Positions 31,443-40,944 of a stretch of 64,000 bases of DNA are shown piece by piece; position 1 is the stretch's first letter, and each line of letters opens with the position of its first letter. A model generated the notes under the pieces. That model did not search any database. It worked only from the letters and a program-made list of their open reading frames with translations, and was not told where the DNA came from. Made by a program: the position numbers and the translations under genes. The DNA lies in NCBI RefSeq assembly GCF_012395255.1, contig NZ_JAAZQD010000002.1, positions 453,929 through 517,928 on the forward strand. Direction: 5' to 3'. The stretch comes from Oleiagrimonas citrea. GTDB lineage: Bacteria > Pseudomonadota > Gammaproteobacteria > Xanthomonadales > Rhodanobacteraceae.

Positions 31443-32558
31443 TCAGCGATCCTTCAGGCTGACGACCTGGCCCAGCACGCCGTCCAGGCCACCGAACACG
31501 GTCAGCTTGTCGATCTTCTCGGTGACCTTCTCCAGGGTCTCCAGTTCCTTCAGACGCATCAGCGTCGGGTTGTCCGCGATCAGGCGCGCAGTGTTCAGCG
31601 CGGAACGCGTCGCGTTGGCCTCCTCGCGGCGGCGGATGGTATTGGCCTGCGCCGACTTCTCCGCCTGCACCACCTCGTTGAGGATGGTCTTCATCTCGCC
31701 CGGCAGGATGACGTCCTTGACGCCCACGCCGAGCACCTCGATGCCAAGGTCGGTCACACGACCGCGCACGTAACCGAAGATGTCGCCGTCCAGCGACGCC
31801 TTGTCGCCGAGCAGCTCGTCCAGCGTCTTCGACGCCACGGCCTTGCGCAGACCGAACTGCAGCTCGCGGTACAGGTAGTCGCCATACTTGGCCACGCGGG
31901 TACGCGCGGCGACCGGGTCGGTCACGCGCACGCTCGCGGCCAGGTTCACGCGCAGGCTCACCTTGTCGCGGGTCAACAGTTCCTGACCCGACACCTCGAT
32001 CGCCTGCACGCGCAGCTCGACCACTTCCACGGACACGTTCTTCTGGAAGTTCCAGAACGCGTACGCGCCCGGCGTCAGCGTGCGCCGCAGAGTGCCGTCG
32101 ACGAACAGCATGCCGGTCGACTCCTGCGGCACCTCGCTCACCACCGCGTGACGCGACAGCACGCCGATCTGACGCAGACGACGCATCACGGCCTTGGGCA
32201 CTTGCAGCTCGTCGCCGATGGCGATCCGCTCGATGCCTACGCGGACCGGACCCTTCCAGTACAGGAAGCGCGCACCCGGCTCCAGCACGCCGCGCAGACG
32301 GCCGTCGCAGGACACCAGACCGACCTCGTCGACACCGATGTCGGCCAGCAGGAAGTGCGTGTCCAGCTCGTCGCCAAGACGCTCGATCAGCACCTCGGCG
32401 TCCTTGCCGGTATAGACCGGCTGGGTGATGTCGTGAATACGCACCTCGCAGCGAGTGCTCACCCAAGTGACACCCGGCAGCAGGATGCGCTCCAGGCGAC
32501 GGTTGCGGTACAGCAAACCGCGCTCGCCGTCGCCGATGACGATGCGCTTGATGAACAT
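31443..32558 (-). CDS. slipin / SPFH (band-7, stomatin-like) family protein
   Basis: AAGGAGA RBS. SPFH domain. C-terminal coiled coil rich in E/K/R. Confidence 0.8.
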   Translation of the reverse strand: MFIKRIVIGDGERGLLYRNRRLERILLPGVTWVSTRCEVRIHDITQPVYTGKDAEVLIERLGDELDTHFLLADIGVDEVGLVSCDGRLRGVLEPGARFLYWKGPVRVGIERIAIGDELQVPKAVMRRLRQIGVLSRHAVVSEVPQESTGMLFVDGTLRRTLTPGAYAFWNFQKNVSVEVVELRVQAIEVSGQELLTRDKVSLRVNLAASVRVTDPVAARTRVAKYGDYLYRELQFGLRKAVASKTLDELLGDKASLDGDIFGYVRGRVTDLGIEVLGVGVKDVILPGEMKTILNEVVQAEKSAQANTIRRREEANATRSALNTARLIADNPTLMRLKELETLEKVTEKIDKLTVFGGLDGVLGQVVSLKDR

Positions 32559-32907
32559 GACGTTTCTCCTTGTCATCATGCAGTCCGTTTTTCATCGTCC
32601 CGCGCGCCGGACTGCTCCGCGCTCGTGACGCCTGCCTCCCCTGCGGAGACGAAGAAGGTGGGAACGCCCCCGACACCGCCGCGGCGGAGGTCGGGCGGTC
32701 GTCCGCGATCCGCGTCGCGCGTCGTCCGCGCATCGACGTCGCTTCCCTGCGCGCGTCGACATGCGGCTCCGGCGCAACGTTCGTCGCGTCCGACGGCTCC
32801 GCCCCGGCCGAGGCCAGTGCTGGACGCGTCCACCGGCAGCCGCCGAAGCAACCGCGCGACAGGCGCGCCCAAGGAGCGTTCCCGTGTGTGGGACTTGCGT
32901 CCCGGGT

Positions 32908-32980
32908 GCCAAAGAGCGGGACTCGAACCCGCAACCTACGGTTTATGAGACCGTTGCTCTACCCATTGAGCTATCGATAC
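32908..32980 (-). tRNA. tRNA-like element, anticodon loop CUCAUAA (CAU, Met/Ile2-type); acceptor stem does not pair, probable pseudo-tRNA
   Basis: Canonical D arm (TAGCTCAATGGGTAGAGC), anticodon stem-loop ACGGT-CTCATAA-ACCGT and T arm (GCGGG-TTCGAGT-CCCGC). The 5' acceptor strand (GTATCGA) cannot pair with the 3' strand (TCTTTGG). Confidence 0.4.
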
Positions 32981-33051
32981 AAAGGGCAGGAGTCGAACCT
33001 GCGACATCAGCAATCTGAATGCTGCGCTCTCCCAGACTGAGCTACCTTCAG
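32978..33051 (-). tRNA. tRNA-like element, anticodon CAG in a 7-nt loop, class-I length; acceptor stem weak (4 WC + 2 GU + 1 mismatch)
   Basis: Canonical D arm (TAGCTCAGTCTGGGAGAGC), anticodon stem-loop CAGCA-TTCAGAT-TGCTG and T arm (GCAGG-TTCGACT-CCTGC). Its 3' end overlaps the 5' end of the neighbouring element by 3 nt. Confidence 0.4.
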
Positions 33052-33662
33052 CGTGTGACCGGCGCCACCGACCCTCGGCATACGCCACGGCAGCGCCGCG
33101 CGCACCGGCCGGGATGTACAACCCGGACCGCTGCGAACCGATGCCAACCGGTCACAGATGACTGTCTCTTGCCGAAACAGCCATTCGTTTGACGCGCATC
33201 CACGCGCCGAATTCTTTGCGAGAAAAATCCCTTGTCGCGCGAACGCCGGTAGAAACGAAAACGCCCCGGGGGCAGAGCCTTCCCGGGGCGTTCGCGGATA
33301 CCGGGGAGATCGTGAATCGACCTCCTCGCGATGTGCGATCAGGTCAATGAATGCATCGGGCCACGTGCAAGCACGAACGGCACACGCCCGTCATCGCGCA
33401 GACGCATGACGGGCGTCTGTTCGATGCGAATCGCGTTGTGGTGCCAGCTGCACATGATGAATATCCTGATGAATCGCGCGCCGCAGATCAGCGCGAGGGC
33501 GGGCATCCTATTCGCGGTTGTTTTGAATTGCAAGCAACGCGTATCGAAAATATTTACCCGCAGAAGGGAAGCAAACCCGGAATCCGGCTTGTTCCACGGA
33601 CCCAGCAATCCGCGCGAATGCAGGTACAGTCATCGATTCCATCGAACGAGTCCTCGGCCGCC

Positions 33663-34852
33663 ATGAAGCCCCTTCCGCACATCGTCCTGGCCACGTTCGG
33701 TACGCACGGCGACCTGCATCCGTTCATGGCGCTGGCGCTCGCGCTGCAGCGACACGGCGCGCGCGTAACGCTGGCGGCGGCGAGCGAATATCGGGAGAAG
33801 GTCGAAGCCGAAGGCCTGACGTTCGCGCGGATGCGACCGGACATGCAGGCGGTCATCGACCGCCTCGGCTTGGACGAACACGAACTGACCTTGCGTATCG
33901 CCCGCCAACCGCAGTTCCTGCTGACCCACATCGTCATGCCAGCGCTGCGCGACGCCTACGAGGACATCATGGCGATCAGCGCCGATGCCGACGCGCTGGT
34001 CACGCACTCGGTGGCCTACGGCGCCAAGCTCGCCGCCGAGAAGCGTGGGCTGCCGGACTTCAGCATCGCGCTGCAGCCGATGGTGTTCTGGTCGGCCTAC
34101 GATCCGCCGATCATCGCCAACGCCGAGAGGCTGTCGCGCTGGGTGTATCGCCGTGGCCCGACGCTGACGCGCGCTTTCATCGACCTCGGCAAGCGCGTGA
34201 GCCGACGCTGGGCGCGGCCCATCGACGCCCTGCGACACGTGCTCGATCTGCCGCCCGCCGACGCGCACCCACTGTTCGAAGGCGCGTTCTCGGATGATGG
34301 CGTGCTGGCGCTGTACTCCTCGCTTTTCGGTGCGCCGCAGCCGGATCATACAGCGCATACGGACATCGTCGGCTTCGCTTTTCATGACGGCGAGCGCGGC
34401 GTTCCCGCGACGCTGGATGCGGACACACAGCGGTTCCTCGACGCCGGTCCACCGCCGCTAGTGTTCACCCAGGGCACCTCCGCCGTGCATGACGCGGAAA
34501 TCTTCGTGCGCGAAAGTCTGGCCGCGGTACGCACGCTGGGCACACGCACGGTGTTCGTGCTGGATGACGAACGCGTCGCGCGCTGGGCGGCGGGCGACCG
34601 CAACTGGTGGTACCGCATCTGGTCGACCAGCCCGACAACGCGGCGCGCGTGGAACGCCTGGGCGTCGGCCGTGCATGGCCGCGACACAGGTACCGCGCCG
34701 ATCAGGCCGCCGTCACGCTCGGCGCCATGCTCGAGGATGACGCCCTGAACCACCGCGCCGCCGAAGTGGGCGCCATCGTGGCGCGGAAGGACGGCGCCGA
34801 GACTGGAGCGCAACGCATCCTTCAACGACTGGATGAGCACCCTCGCCGCTGA
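33663..34852 (+). pseudogene. MGT/UDP-glycosyltransferase family (GT1) gene with internal deletion/frameshift
   Basis: N-terminal GT-B domain is intact to ~34585. The segment carrying the HHGG.GT motif is missing. The C-terminal ..QLVVPHLVDQPDNAARVERLGVG.. continues in another frame (34607-34852). Confidence 0.6.
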
Positions 34853-34878
34853 AGCCGGTTACCCCCTCCGGAAGCGAC

Positions 34879-35199
34879 TCAGCTGGCGGCAGTCTTCGCC
34901 ACCGCAAGCGCACTTGCCGCCGGCCCAAGCAGCGGTAGCCATTCGCGGATCTCATGCGTGGCGACCACACCCTCGATCATGAACGGATCCCGCTCGGCGA
35001 TGGTCTGCACGGCGGCTAGATCGTCGGCGTGCATGATCAGCAGACCGCCGCGGACCTCCCCGGACCCCCAGGGTCCCGACGCCACGAGCGTGCCTGCGTC
35101 GACGAGACGGCGCAGGTGCGCGAGATGGGCCGGGCGTACGGCGTCCTGCCGTGCCACGTCGTCGGTGTATCGATAAAGAAGGATGAAGGTTGCGGGCAT
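34879..35199 (-). CDS. YciI-like (YCII-related) protein
   Basis: 106 aa from MPATFILLYRY. Dimeric alpha+beta barrel family pattern. Confidence 0.7.
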   Translation of the reverse strand: MPATFILLYRYTDDVARQDAVRPAHLAHLRRLVDAGTLVASGPWGSGEVRGGLLIMHADDLAAVQTIAERDPFMIEGVVATHEIREWLPLLGPAASALAVAKTAAS

Positions 35200-35429
35200 G
35201 ACGCATGCTCCTGGAGCTTGGATGATCGAATCGGAAGGACGTGCTTCGGCCGGTGCGCTGCGCAATCGACTTCAACGCGTCTTCCGCACGGCCGCTGGGC
35301 ACGGACTTGGCGCGGCGACCTGCGTCGGTCGGATTCGGCGGCACGCGCGACCGCCGTCCGCAACGGAAAACGGACGGCCCGGGGTCGGTGCATCACGCAG
35401 CACCGCGCACCCGGGCCGTCGGTCAGGAC

Positions 35430-36194
35430 CTACAGGAACATCCCGCCGGAGGCCTCGATGCGCTGCCCGTTGATCCAGCGGCCGCCGGGGCCGAGCAGTG
35501 CGGCGACGGCATCGCCGATGTCGTCGACGTGTCCGGCGCGACCCAGCGCGGTATTGGCCGCGACGAAGGCGTTGAGCTCGGGATTGTCGCGCACCGCACC
35601 GCCGCCGAAGTCGGTCTCGATGGCGCCCGGCGCCAGCACGTTGACAGTGATGCCGCGTTCGCCCAGCTCGCGGGCCTGGTAGCGGGTCAGCACCTCGATC
35701 GCGCCCTTCATGGCCGCGTAGGCAGCAAAACCGGGCAGGGAAAAACGTGCCAGGCCGCTGGAGACGTTGAGAATGCTGCCGCCGTCGGCGAGGGTGGGCA
35801 GCAGTTTTTGGGTCAGAAAGAACGGGCCCTTCAGGTGCACGTTCATGAGCGCGTCGAACTGCGCCTCCTCGGTGTCGGCAAACAATGCATGGGCGCCGAT
35901 GCCGGCATTGTTGACCAGGAAGTCGAGGCGCTCGCGTTGCCAGTGCGTACGCAGCGCCTCGGCGACCGTCTCGACAAAGGTGTCGAAACCGGCGCTGTCG
36001 CCAACGTCCAGCGGCAGCGCCACGGCGCGACGGCCGATGGCTTCGATGGCGGCGACTACGGCCGCGGCCTCGTCGTGGCGGCTGCGGTAGGTCAGGATCA
36101 CGTCGGTGCCCTGTGCAGCCAGCTTCAGGGCCATGTCGCGTCCGAGGCCGCGGCTGCCGCCGGTGATGAGGGCGATGGGTGTGGAGGTATGCAT
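35430..36194 (-). CDS. SDR family NAD(P)-dependent oxidoreductase
   Basis: TGGSRGLG cofactor motif. NNAG. Catalytic YAAMK. Confidence 0.85.
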   Translation of the reverse strand: MHTSTPIALITGGSRGLGRDMALKLAAQGTDVILTYRSRHDEAAAVVAAIEAIGRRAVALPLDVGDSAGFDTFVETVAEALRTHWQRERLDFLVNNAGIGAHALFADTEEAQFDALMNVHLKGPFFLTQKLLPTLADGGSILNVSSGLARFSLPGFAAYAAMKGAIEVLTRYQARELGERGITVNVLAPGAIETDFGGGAVRDNPELNAFVAANTALGRAGHVDDIGDAVAALLGPGGRWINGQRIEASGGMFL

Positions 36195-36278
36195 GGCGAT
36201 CTCCTGTCGGGGAATTGGACAGGCGTCAATCTATTGATCTTTAAAGAGACAATAAATCCATAAAATATGATTTGAATG

Positions 36279-36293
36279 TTCATATATTTTGAA
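36279..36293. promoter_or_regulatory. LysR-type T-N11-A box candidate
   Basis: ttcatatattttgaa dyad in the AT-rich divergent SDR/LysR intergenic region. Confidence 0.3.
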
Positions 36294-36306
36294 CAATTAT
36301 GCCGCC

Positions 36307-37221
36307 ATGAACCGACTCGACATCATGCAGGTCTTCGTGCGGGTGGCTGAACTGTCCAGTTTCACGCGCGCAGCCGACAGTCTGGGCCTGCCAAAAGCCA
36401 GCGCCTCGACCGCCGTGCGCAAGCTGGAAACGCTGCTGAACACGCAGCTGCTGCACCGGACTACGCGCCGCGTGCGCCTGACCGCCGACGGCGAGGCCTT
36501 CTACGAGCGCTGCAAGGAAGTCCTCGATGACGTCGACGATTTGCAGTCGATGTTCCAGCAGGGGTCGCAAGCGTTGCGTGGGCGTCTGCGCGTAGACATG
36601 TCCAGCGGCTTGGCGCGCAACTTCGTGTTGCCGCACCTGCCCGAATTTCTCGATGCCCACCCACAGCTGGAGATCGAACTCAGCGGCACCGACCGCTATG
36701 TCGACGTGATCCGCGAGGGCTTCGACTGCGTGCTTCGTGTAGGCCCGGTCGCGGACAGCGCGCTGGTGGCGCGCCAACTCGGGGTCTTGCCAGTCATCAC
36801 CTGCGCCAGTCCGGCCTATCTGGAACGTCACGGCATGCCGCACACGCTGGACGACCTGGATGCACACAAACTTGTGCACTACGTATCCACGCTCGGGGCG
36901 CGTTCGCCCGGATTCGAATACGCCGAGGGCGGCAGCTATCGCAGCCTGCCGATGGCCGGCGCGTTGACGGTGAACAGTTCCGAGGCCTATGTCGCCGCCT
37001 GCCTGGCCGGCATCGGCCTGGTCCAGGTTCCGCGCCCCGGCGTGGCCGCGCTGCTGGAAAGCGGCAGCCTGGTGGAAGTGCTACCGCAGCTGCACGCCGA
37101 ACCCATGCCGGTCACGCTGCTGTATGCGCAACGGCGCAACCTTCCGAACCGGGTGCGCGCATTCATGGACTGGGTCGCTGCGCTGCTGGCGCCGTCGCTG
37201 GACCGACCGGCACGACCGTGA
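36307..37221 (+). CDS. LysR family transcriptional regulator
   Basis: N-terminal wHTH (..FTRAADSLGLPKASASTAVRKLE..). C-terminal LysR substrate-binding domain. Divergent from the SDR gene. Confidence 0.85.
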   Translation: MNRLDIMQVFVRVAELSSFTRAADSLGLPKASASTAVRKLETLLNTQLLHRTTRRVRLTADGEAFYERCKEVLDDVDDLQSMFQQGSQALRGRLRVDMSSGLARNFVLPHLPEFLDAHPQLEIELSGTDRYVDVIREGFDCVLRVGPVADSALVARQLGVLPVITCASPAYLERHGMPHTLDDLDAHKLVHYVSTLGARSPGFEYAEGGSYRSLPMAGALTVNSSEAYVAACLAGIGLVQVPRPGVAALLESGSLVEVLPQLHAEPMPVTLLYAQRRNLPNRVRAFMDWVAALLAPSLDRPARP

Positions 37222-37376
37222 CCGCGCCGCACCCCTTGCCCGAACTAGATCGCGCCATGGCATCCGGATCGGTGCCTGCGTGCGCGCATGGCGCGTCGAC
37301 ATGACGCATATGATCGCATTCCTTGCTGCCGCCCATGGGTACATCCCTGTACCCCGTCCGATCCCTGGTACCGCGA

Positions 37377-38450
37377 TTACTGCAGGAACACCGGCTGGAA
37401 CGAGAACACGTTCTTGCTGTCCGGGTCGACCGTCATCTCCACCCAGCTGTTGTCGGCGTTGCCGAACACTTCCACACGGGTGAAGTTCGGCTGGGTCTGG
37501 CCGTTGTCCTTCACCATCGCCTTGTCGACGCGGAAGTAGTGCGAATCGCCATGCACCAGTACCACCTGGCCGTCGAAGTTTTGGGTCTCGTCGATCATGG
37601 CGTGGAAGAAATCGGCGAAGCCGTTGTAGCTCGGGTCCAGCGTTGGCAGGAAGGTATCCTTGTAGTTGCCGTCGGCGACATCGATGCCGCCATACATATC
37701 CGCCTGAATAGCGATCACGACACCGGCCAGGTGCCGCTTCCTGGCCACGGCGAAGGCGTCCGCCAGCCACTGCAAGTTCGCGGCATTGCGCGCGCGGTAT
37801 TCGGCGGTGGCGGCGGCGCAATCGGCCGCGGTACGCATGGACTTCTTCGTGCACTCCTTGTCCGTAGCCACGAAGTTGTTGTTGCTGCCGATCACGTTGA
37901 GTGAAACAAACATCACGCGATCACGGATGAAGCGGCTGTTCTCGCTGTAGGCCTTCCCCGGTGCGCCCTGGCGATCGACCCGCATCGGATGCAGCCCCTG
38001 GCTGACGTTCTTGCTGAAGAACGTCTTGCGCAGGTAGGCGAGCCGTTCCAGCGGGTCGTAGCCGCCGTTGCTGGTGCGATGGCAGTCGGTCCATTCGTTG
38101 TCGCCCAGGCTGTAGATCGTCGGCGCATACACGCGGTCGAAGCGGTTGACCACATCCTGGCCAATGGCCTGATTGGTGCAGAGGCTGTGGCCGTTCTTGG
38201 TATCGCCGACGAAGATGGTGAAGTCCAGATCGTGGTCGTTCAGCGAGTCGATGGTCTGGTTTTCCTGCGCAGCCTGCACGGCCGGATCGTCGGCGTAGAA
38301 CTGATCGCCCCACAGCGCGACATGGATCTTGCCGTGATCGTGGTCATGGCCGTGTCCATGGCCGTGACCGTGGGCATGCGCGAACAGGGGCAGGGCCAGT
38401 GCGGCCGCCAGCATCACGACATTCAGCTTGCTTCGAGAAAGCATGGTCAT
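37377..38450 (-). CDS. secreted calcineurin-like metallophosphoesterase
   Basis: Signal peptide, (HG)n/(HD)n His-rich tract, phosphoesterase motifs GDTKNG and LGDNEW. Confidence 0.8.
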   Translation of the reverse strand: MTMLSRSKLNVVMLAAALALPLFAHAHGHGHGHGHDHDHGKIHVALWGDQFYADDPAVQAAQENQTIDSLNDHDLDFTIFVGDTKNGHSLCTNQAIGQDVVNRFDRVYAPTIYSLGDNEWTDCHRTSNGGYDPLERLAYLRKTFFSKNVSQGLHPMRVDRQGAPGKAYSENSRFIRDRVMFVSLNVIGSNNNFVATDKECTKKSMRTAADCAAATAEYRARNAANLQWLADAFAVARKRHLAGVVIAIQADMYGGIDVADGNYKDTFLPTLDPSYNGFADFFHAMIDETQNFDGQVVLVHGDSHYFRVDKAMVKDNGQTQPNFTRVEVFGNADNSWVEMTVDPDSKNVFSFQPVFLQ

Positions 38451-38574
38451 TCCCTTCCGTATGGGGTGGTTGAGTGATGAAGCGCGAGGTGCACTCGGAA
38501 CCTATCGACGCTGCGTGACAGGTCGATGAACTTGGCTCGCGGCTGCGGCCGGGCGTGAGGGAATTCACACACTC

Positions 38575-38945
38575 CGGCAGCGGGCGGCTCGTAGGGCGGA
38601 CACTGTCCGCCGCATTCCGCTGCGCTCCGTTTTCGAAGAGCGGTTCCGTCCGGCTGGCGCCGGTCGGGTCACTTCTATTGCTTGTCCAATAGAAGTAACC
38701 AAGACAAGGACACCCCAGCGTTCGCGCCCTACGCGCCTGCGGCGCTACGGGTCCGCTCCGGGCTCCGGGGGTTCGCCGACAGTACATCCTGTGCTGGCGA
38801 CGAACTGGCGCACGTCCCTGTGCGCCACCCTGCGGGCCTGATCCTCCACCCTCCGCCGCTACCGAAGGGGATAGGGTTGCACGCCGGAAGCTACGGCAGC
38901 ATTCACTTCAAACGGTTGTAAGTGAACCTGGAACCGTTATCACCT
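38575..38945 (+). repeat. island-associated structured repeat, copy B
   Basis: ~95% identical to copy C over ~370 bp. Contains perfect hairpins gtcacttctattgcttgtccaatagaagtaac and cagtacatcctgtgctg. Ends ..ggaaccgttatcacctgg. Confidence 0.7.
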
Positions 38946-39016
38946 GGGCGGCTTTCGCACAACGACGCTAAACGCAGTGTGTTTACATCACCCGATGCAC
39001 AGCATGCAGGTGGCCG

Positions 39017-40408
39017 CTATTCCACGGCAAAGGGACCAAATTCCTTGTAGTAACCGGTCTCTGGAATGTTTGCGCTCAGGGTGAGTTTTTTCTCTGCATC
39101 GACCTTGATCTTGATACGCACCATCAGTTTCCCAGCCGGACGCGGGGGAAGATTAGTCAGCACGGCATCAAAAAACTTTTTCGCTTCGCCCTCTCCCTTT
39201 TGTGCCAGCTGAATTTCCAATTCCTTCTGATTGGTCTCGGCGTTGGCAAAGGTGTCGGCGAACGTGACGGGAAGGCGGTGTGTCGCCGGAATCAGCGGAA
39301 AGAACTTGCCGCCCTGCGTCACGATACCGATCGTTTTCTTCAGGACCGGCGCGCGTGCCGCGGGCGCGGGTCTTGAAGAAGCTGCATCGCTTCGTGGTGG
39401 CCTGGACGCGGCGCGGACGTTTTCTTTCGGCTTCGTCCTGACTTTTGGACGGTCCAGGTGAACCGGCCCGATATCCTTTTCGGCGAGGGTGTTGACGTTG
39501 TAATTGGTGTACTTGTCCTTGGCCGTATCCACCAGGTATAGGCTGCCGGTGAGGATATTGTTTTTGTCCACCTTCAGCTTGACGCGCACTTCCAGCTCTC
39601 TTCCCGGTCGAAGACCAGGCCGACCATCAAACGTGGTCTCGTACAAGGTCCTCGATCCACCCTTGCCCCTTTCCGTGATTTGGACTTCGAGGGGCTTTTG
39701 GTCGTATTCGACACCCAATTTCCTTTCCCATTCCAGGGGAAGCCGCCGATCTGCCAAAATGGAACCCCGTCTCGTGCCGCCATACCCGGCCTGATGCACG
39801 GTAATGTCGATCGGCGACTTCAATACGGGACCAAATAATGCATTGGCCTCCAAGCAACTGCGGACGGGTATGGTCGGCCGATTCGGATCCGTCGCACAGC
39901 CCTGGTAGTAGTAATGGATGGCGTGTACGCATTTTTCCCGCTGTGCCATGAAACGTTGCCCTTGCGCGGAACAAGAGAACGTGGCATCCGCGTACTGCCC
40001 AGCCTCACCCACGAGCTGTCCCAGGGCCCCGCTCTTGGCCGGCTGTCCCGGCAACTTCGTGTTGAACCCCGGACAGGTGATCGCGACCCGCTCGGTGGTG
40101 GCATTGTTGGGCTTGCAGGCGCCGCCGGCCGGGGATTCGCGCCACACGTAGCGACAGACGTTATTGAAAATCGGCGGCGTGTTTCGCCGCGTGCAGGCGC
40201 CGAAGGCCTGGCAACCCTGCTTGGTGCCGACGCCCTGCGGACATTTCTCCCGGATATGACGGCACACCCCGACATCCATGCACAGACCCCCCAGGACCTT
40301 GCACTGCTTGACGGCGACCTCATATCGCCTCTGGCATGACATGTTGCCAGCCTGCGCGGTGACCGAGAGCAAGATCCCGGCCAGCAAGAATAGTTTCCTG
40401 AGCATCAT
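39017..40408 (-). CDS. secreted Cys-rich protein with two tandem Hsp70 (DnaK) substrate-binding-domain-beta-like repeats
   Basis: GGAGA RBS. Signal peptide MMLRKLFLLAGILLSVTAQA. ~20 Cys in the N-terminal ~200 aa. The C-terminal repeats align to the DnaK SBD-beta sandwich. ~58% GC. Confidence 0.65.
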   Translation of the reverse strand: MMLRKLFLLAGILLSVTAQAGNMSCQRRYEVAVKQCKVLGGLCMDVGVCRHIREKCPQGVGTKQGCQAFGACTRRNTPPIFNNVCRYVWRESPAGGACKPNNATTERVAITCPGFNTKLPGQPAKSGALGQLVGEAGQYADATFSCSAQGQRFMAQREKCVHAIHYYYQGCATDPNRPTIPVRSCLEANALFGPVLKSPIDITVHQAGYGGTRRGSILADRRLPLEWERKLGVEYDQKPLEVQITERGKGGSRTLYETTFDGRPGLRPGRELEVRVKLKVDKNNILTGSLYLVDTAKDKYTNYNVNTLAEKDIGPVHLDRPKVRTKPKENVRAASRPPRSDAASSRPAPAARAPVLKKTIGIVTQGGKFFPLIPATHRLPVTFADTFANAETNQKELEIQLAQKGEGEAKKFFDAVLTNLPPRPAGKLMVRIKIKVDAEKKLTLSANIPETGYYKEFGPFAVE

Positions 40409-40944
40409 GGTCTCCAGGCACATCATCGATCGAATGCTGCCGCCCCCGTGTCCTGTCGACGACCTCGCGCCCGCCCCACCGCAAAGGGGGCAAGAACGCT
40501 GCATTGGAAGCCACGCCGTCATGGCAAGGCCAGCGAAGAAGGGATCGTCGCCATGCTCCCCCGAGATGGCATACGCGAAGGTTCGTACGAACCCGTCCCC
40601 CTCCCCGAAGCGGTTGCCGGCGCATCGCGTGACCTGAAGACTGTGCGAGACACGCAACCCGGCCTGAAGCGAACCGTTCGGGCTTGAAGACCATCTTCCG
40701 GAAATCATTTTCCATATGCAAGACAGTCACTTGCATACTCAGCCTGAGGAGACGACCGCAGCATGGCCGATACATCCAACGCCGCTCCGTACCCATCCAG
40801 CGGCCCAAGAACAGTGCCGGGTACAGTCCCATACTCCATTCAATCGGGCGTAAGAGAACCTGGCCCCGTTCTTTGACGATGCCGCCTCATGATGCCTGCT
40901 GGACAGAGTGAGAGAATCGAAAGCATTTAATGCCCCCGACTCCT

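Noticed and set aside
33351-33662. N-terminal 104-codon extension of the glycosyltransferase ORF
   Set aside because: No homology. Composition atypical for coding. The GT1 domain begins at MKPLPHIVLATFG (33663) with an upstream leader.
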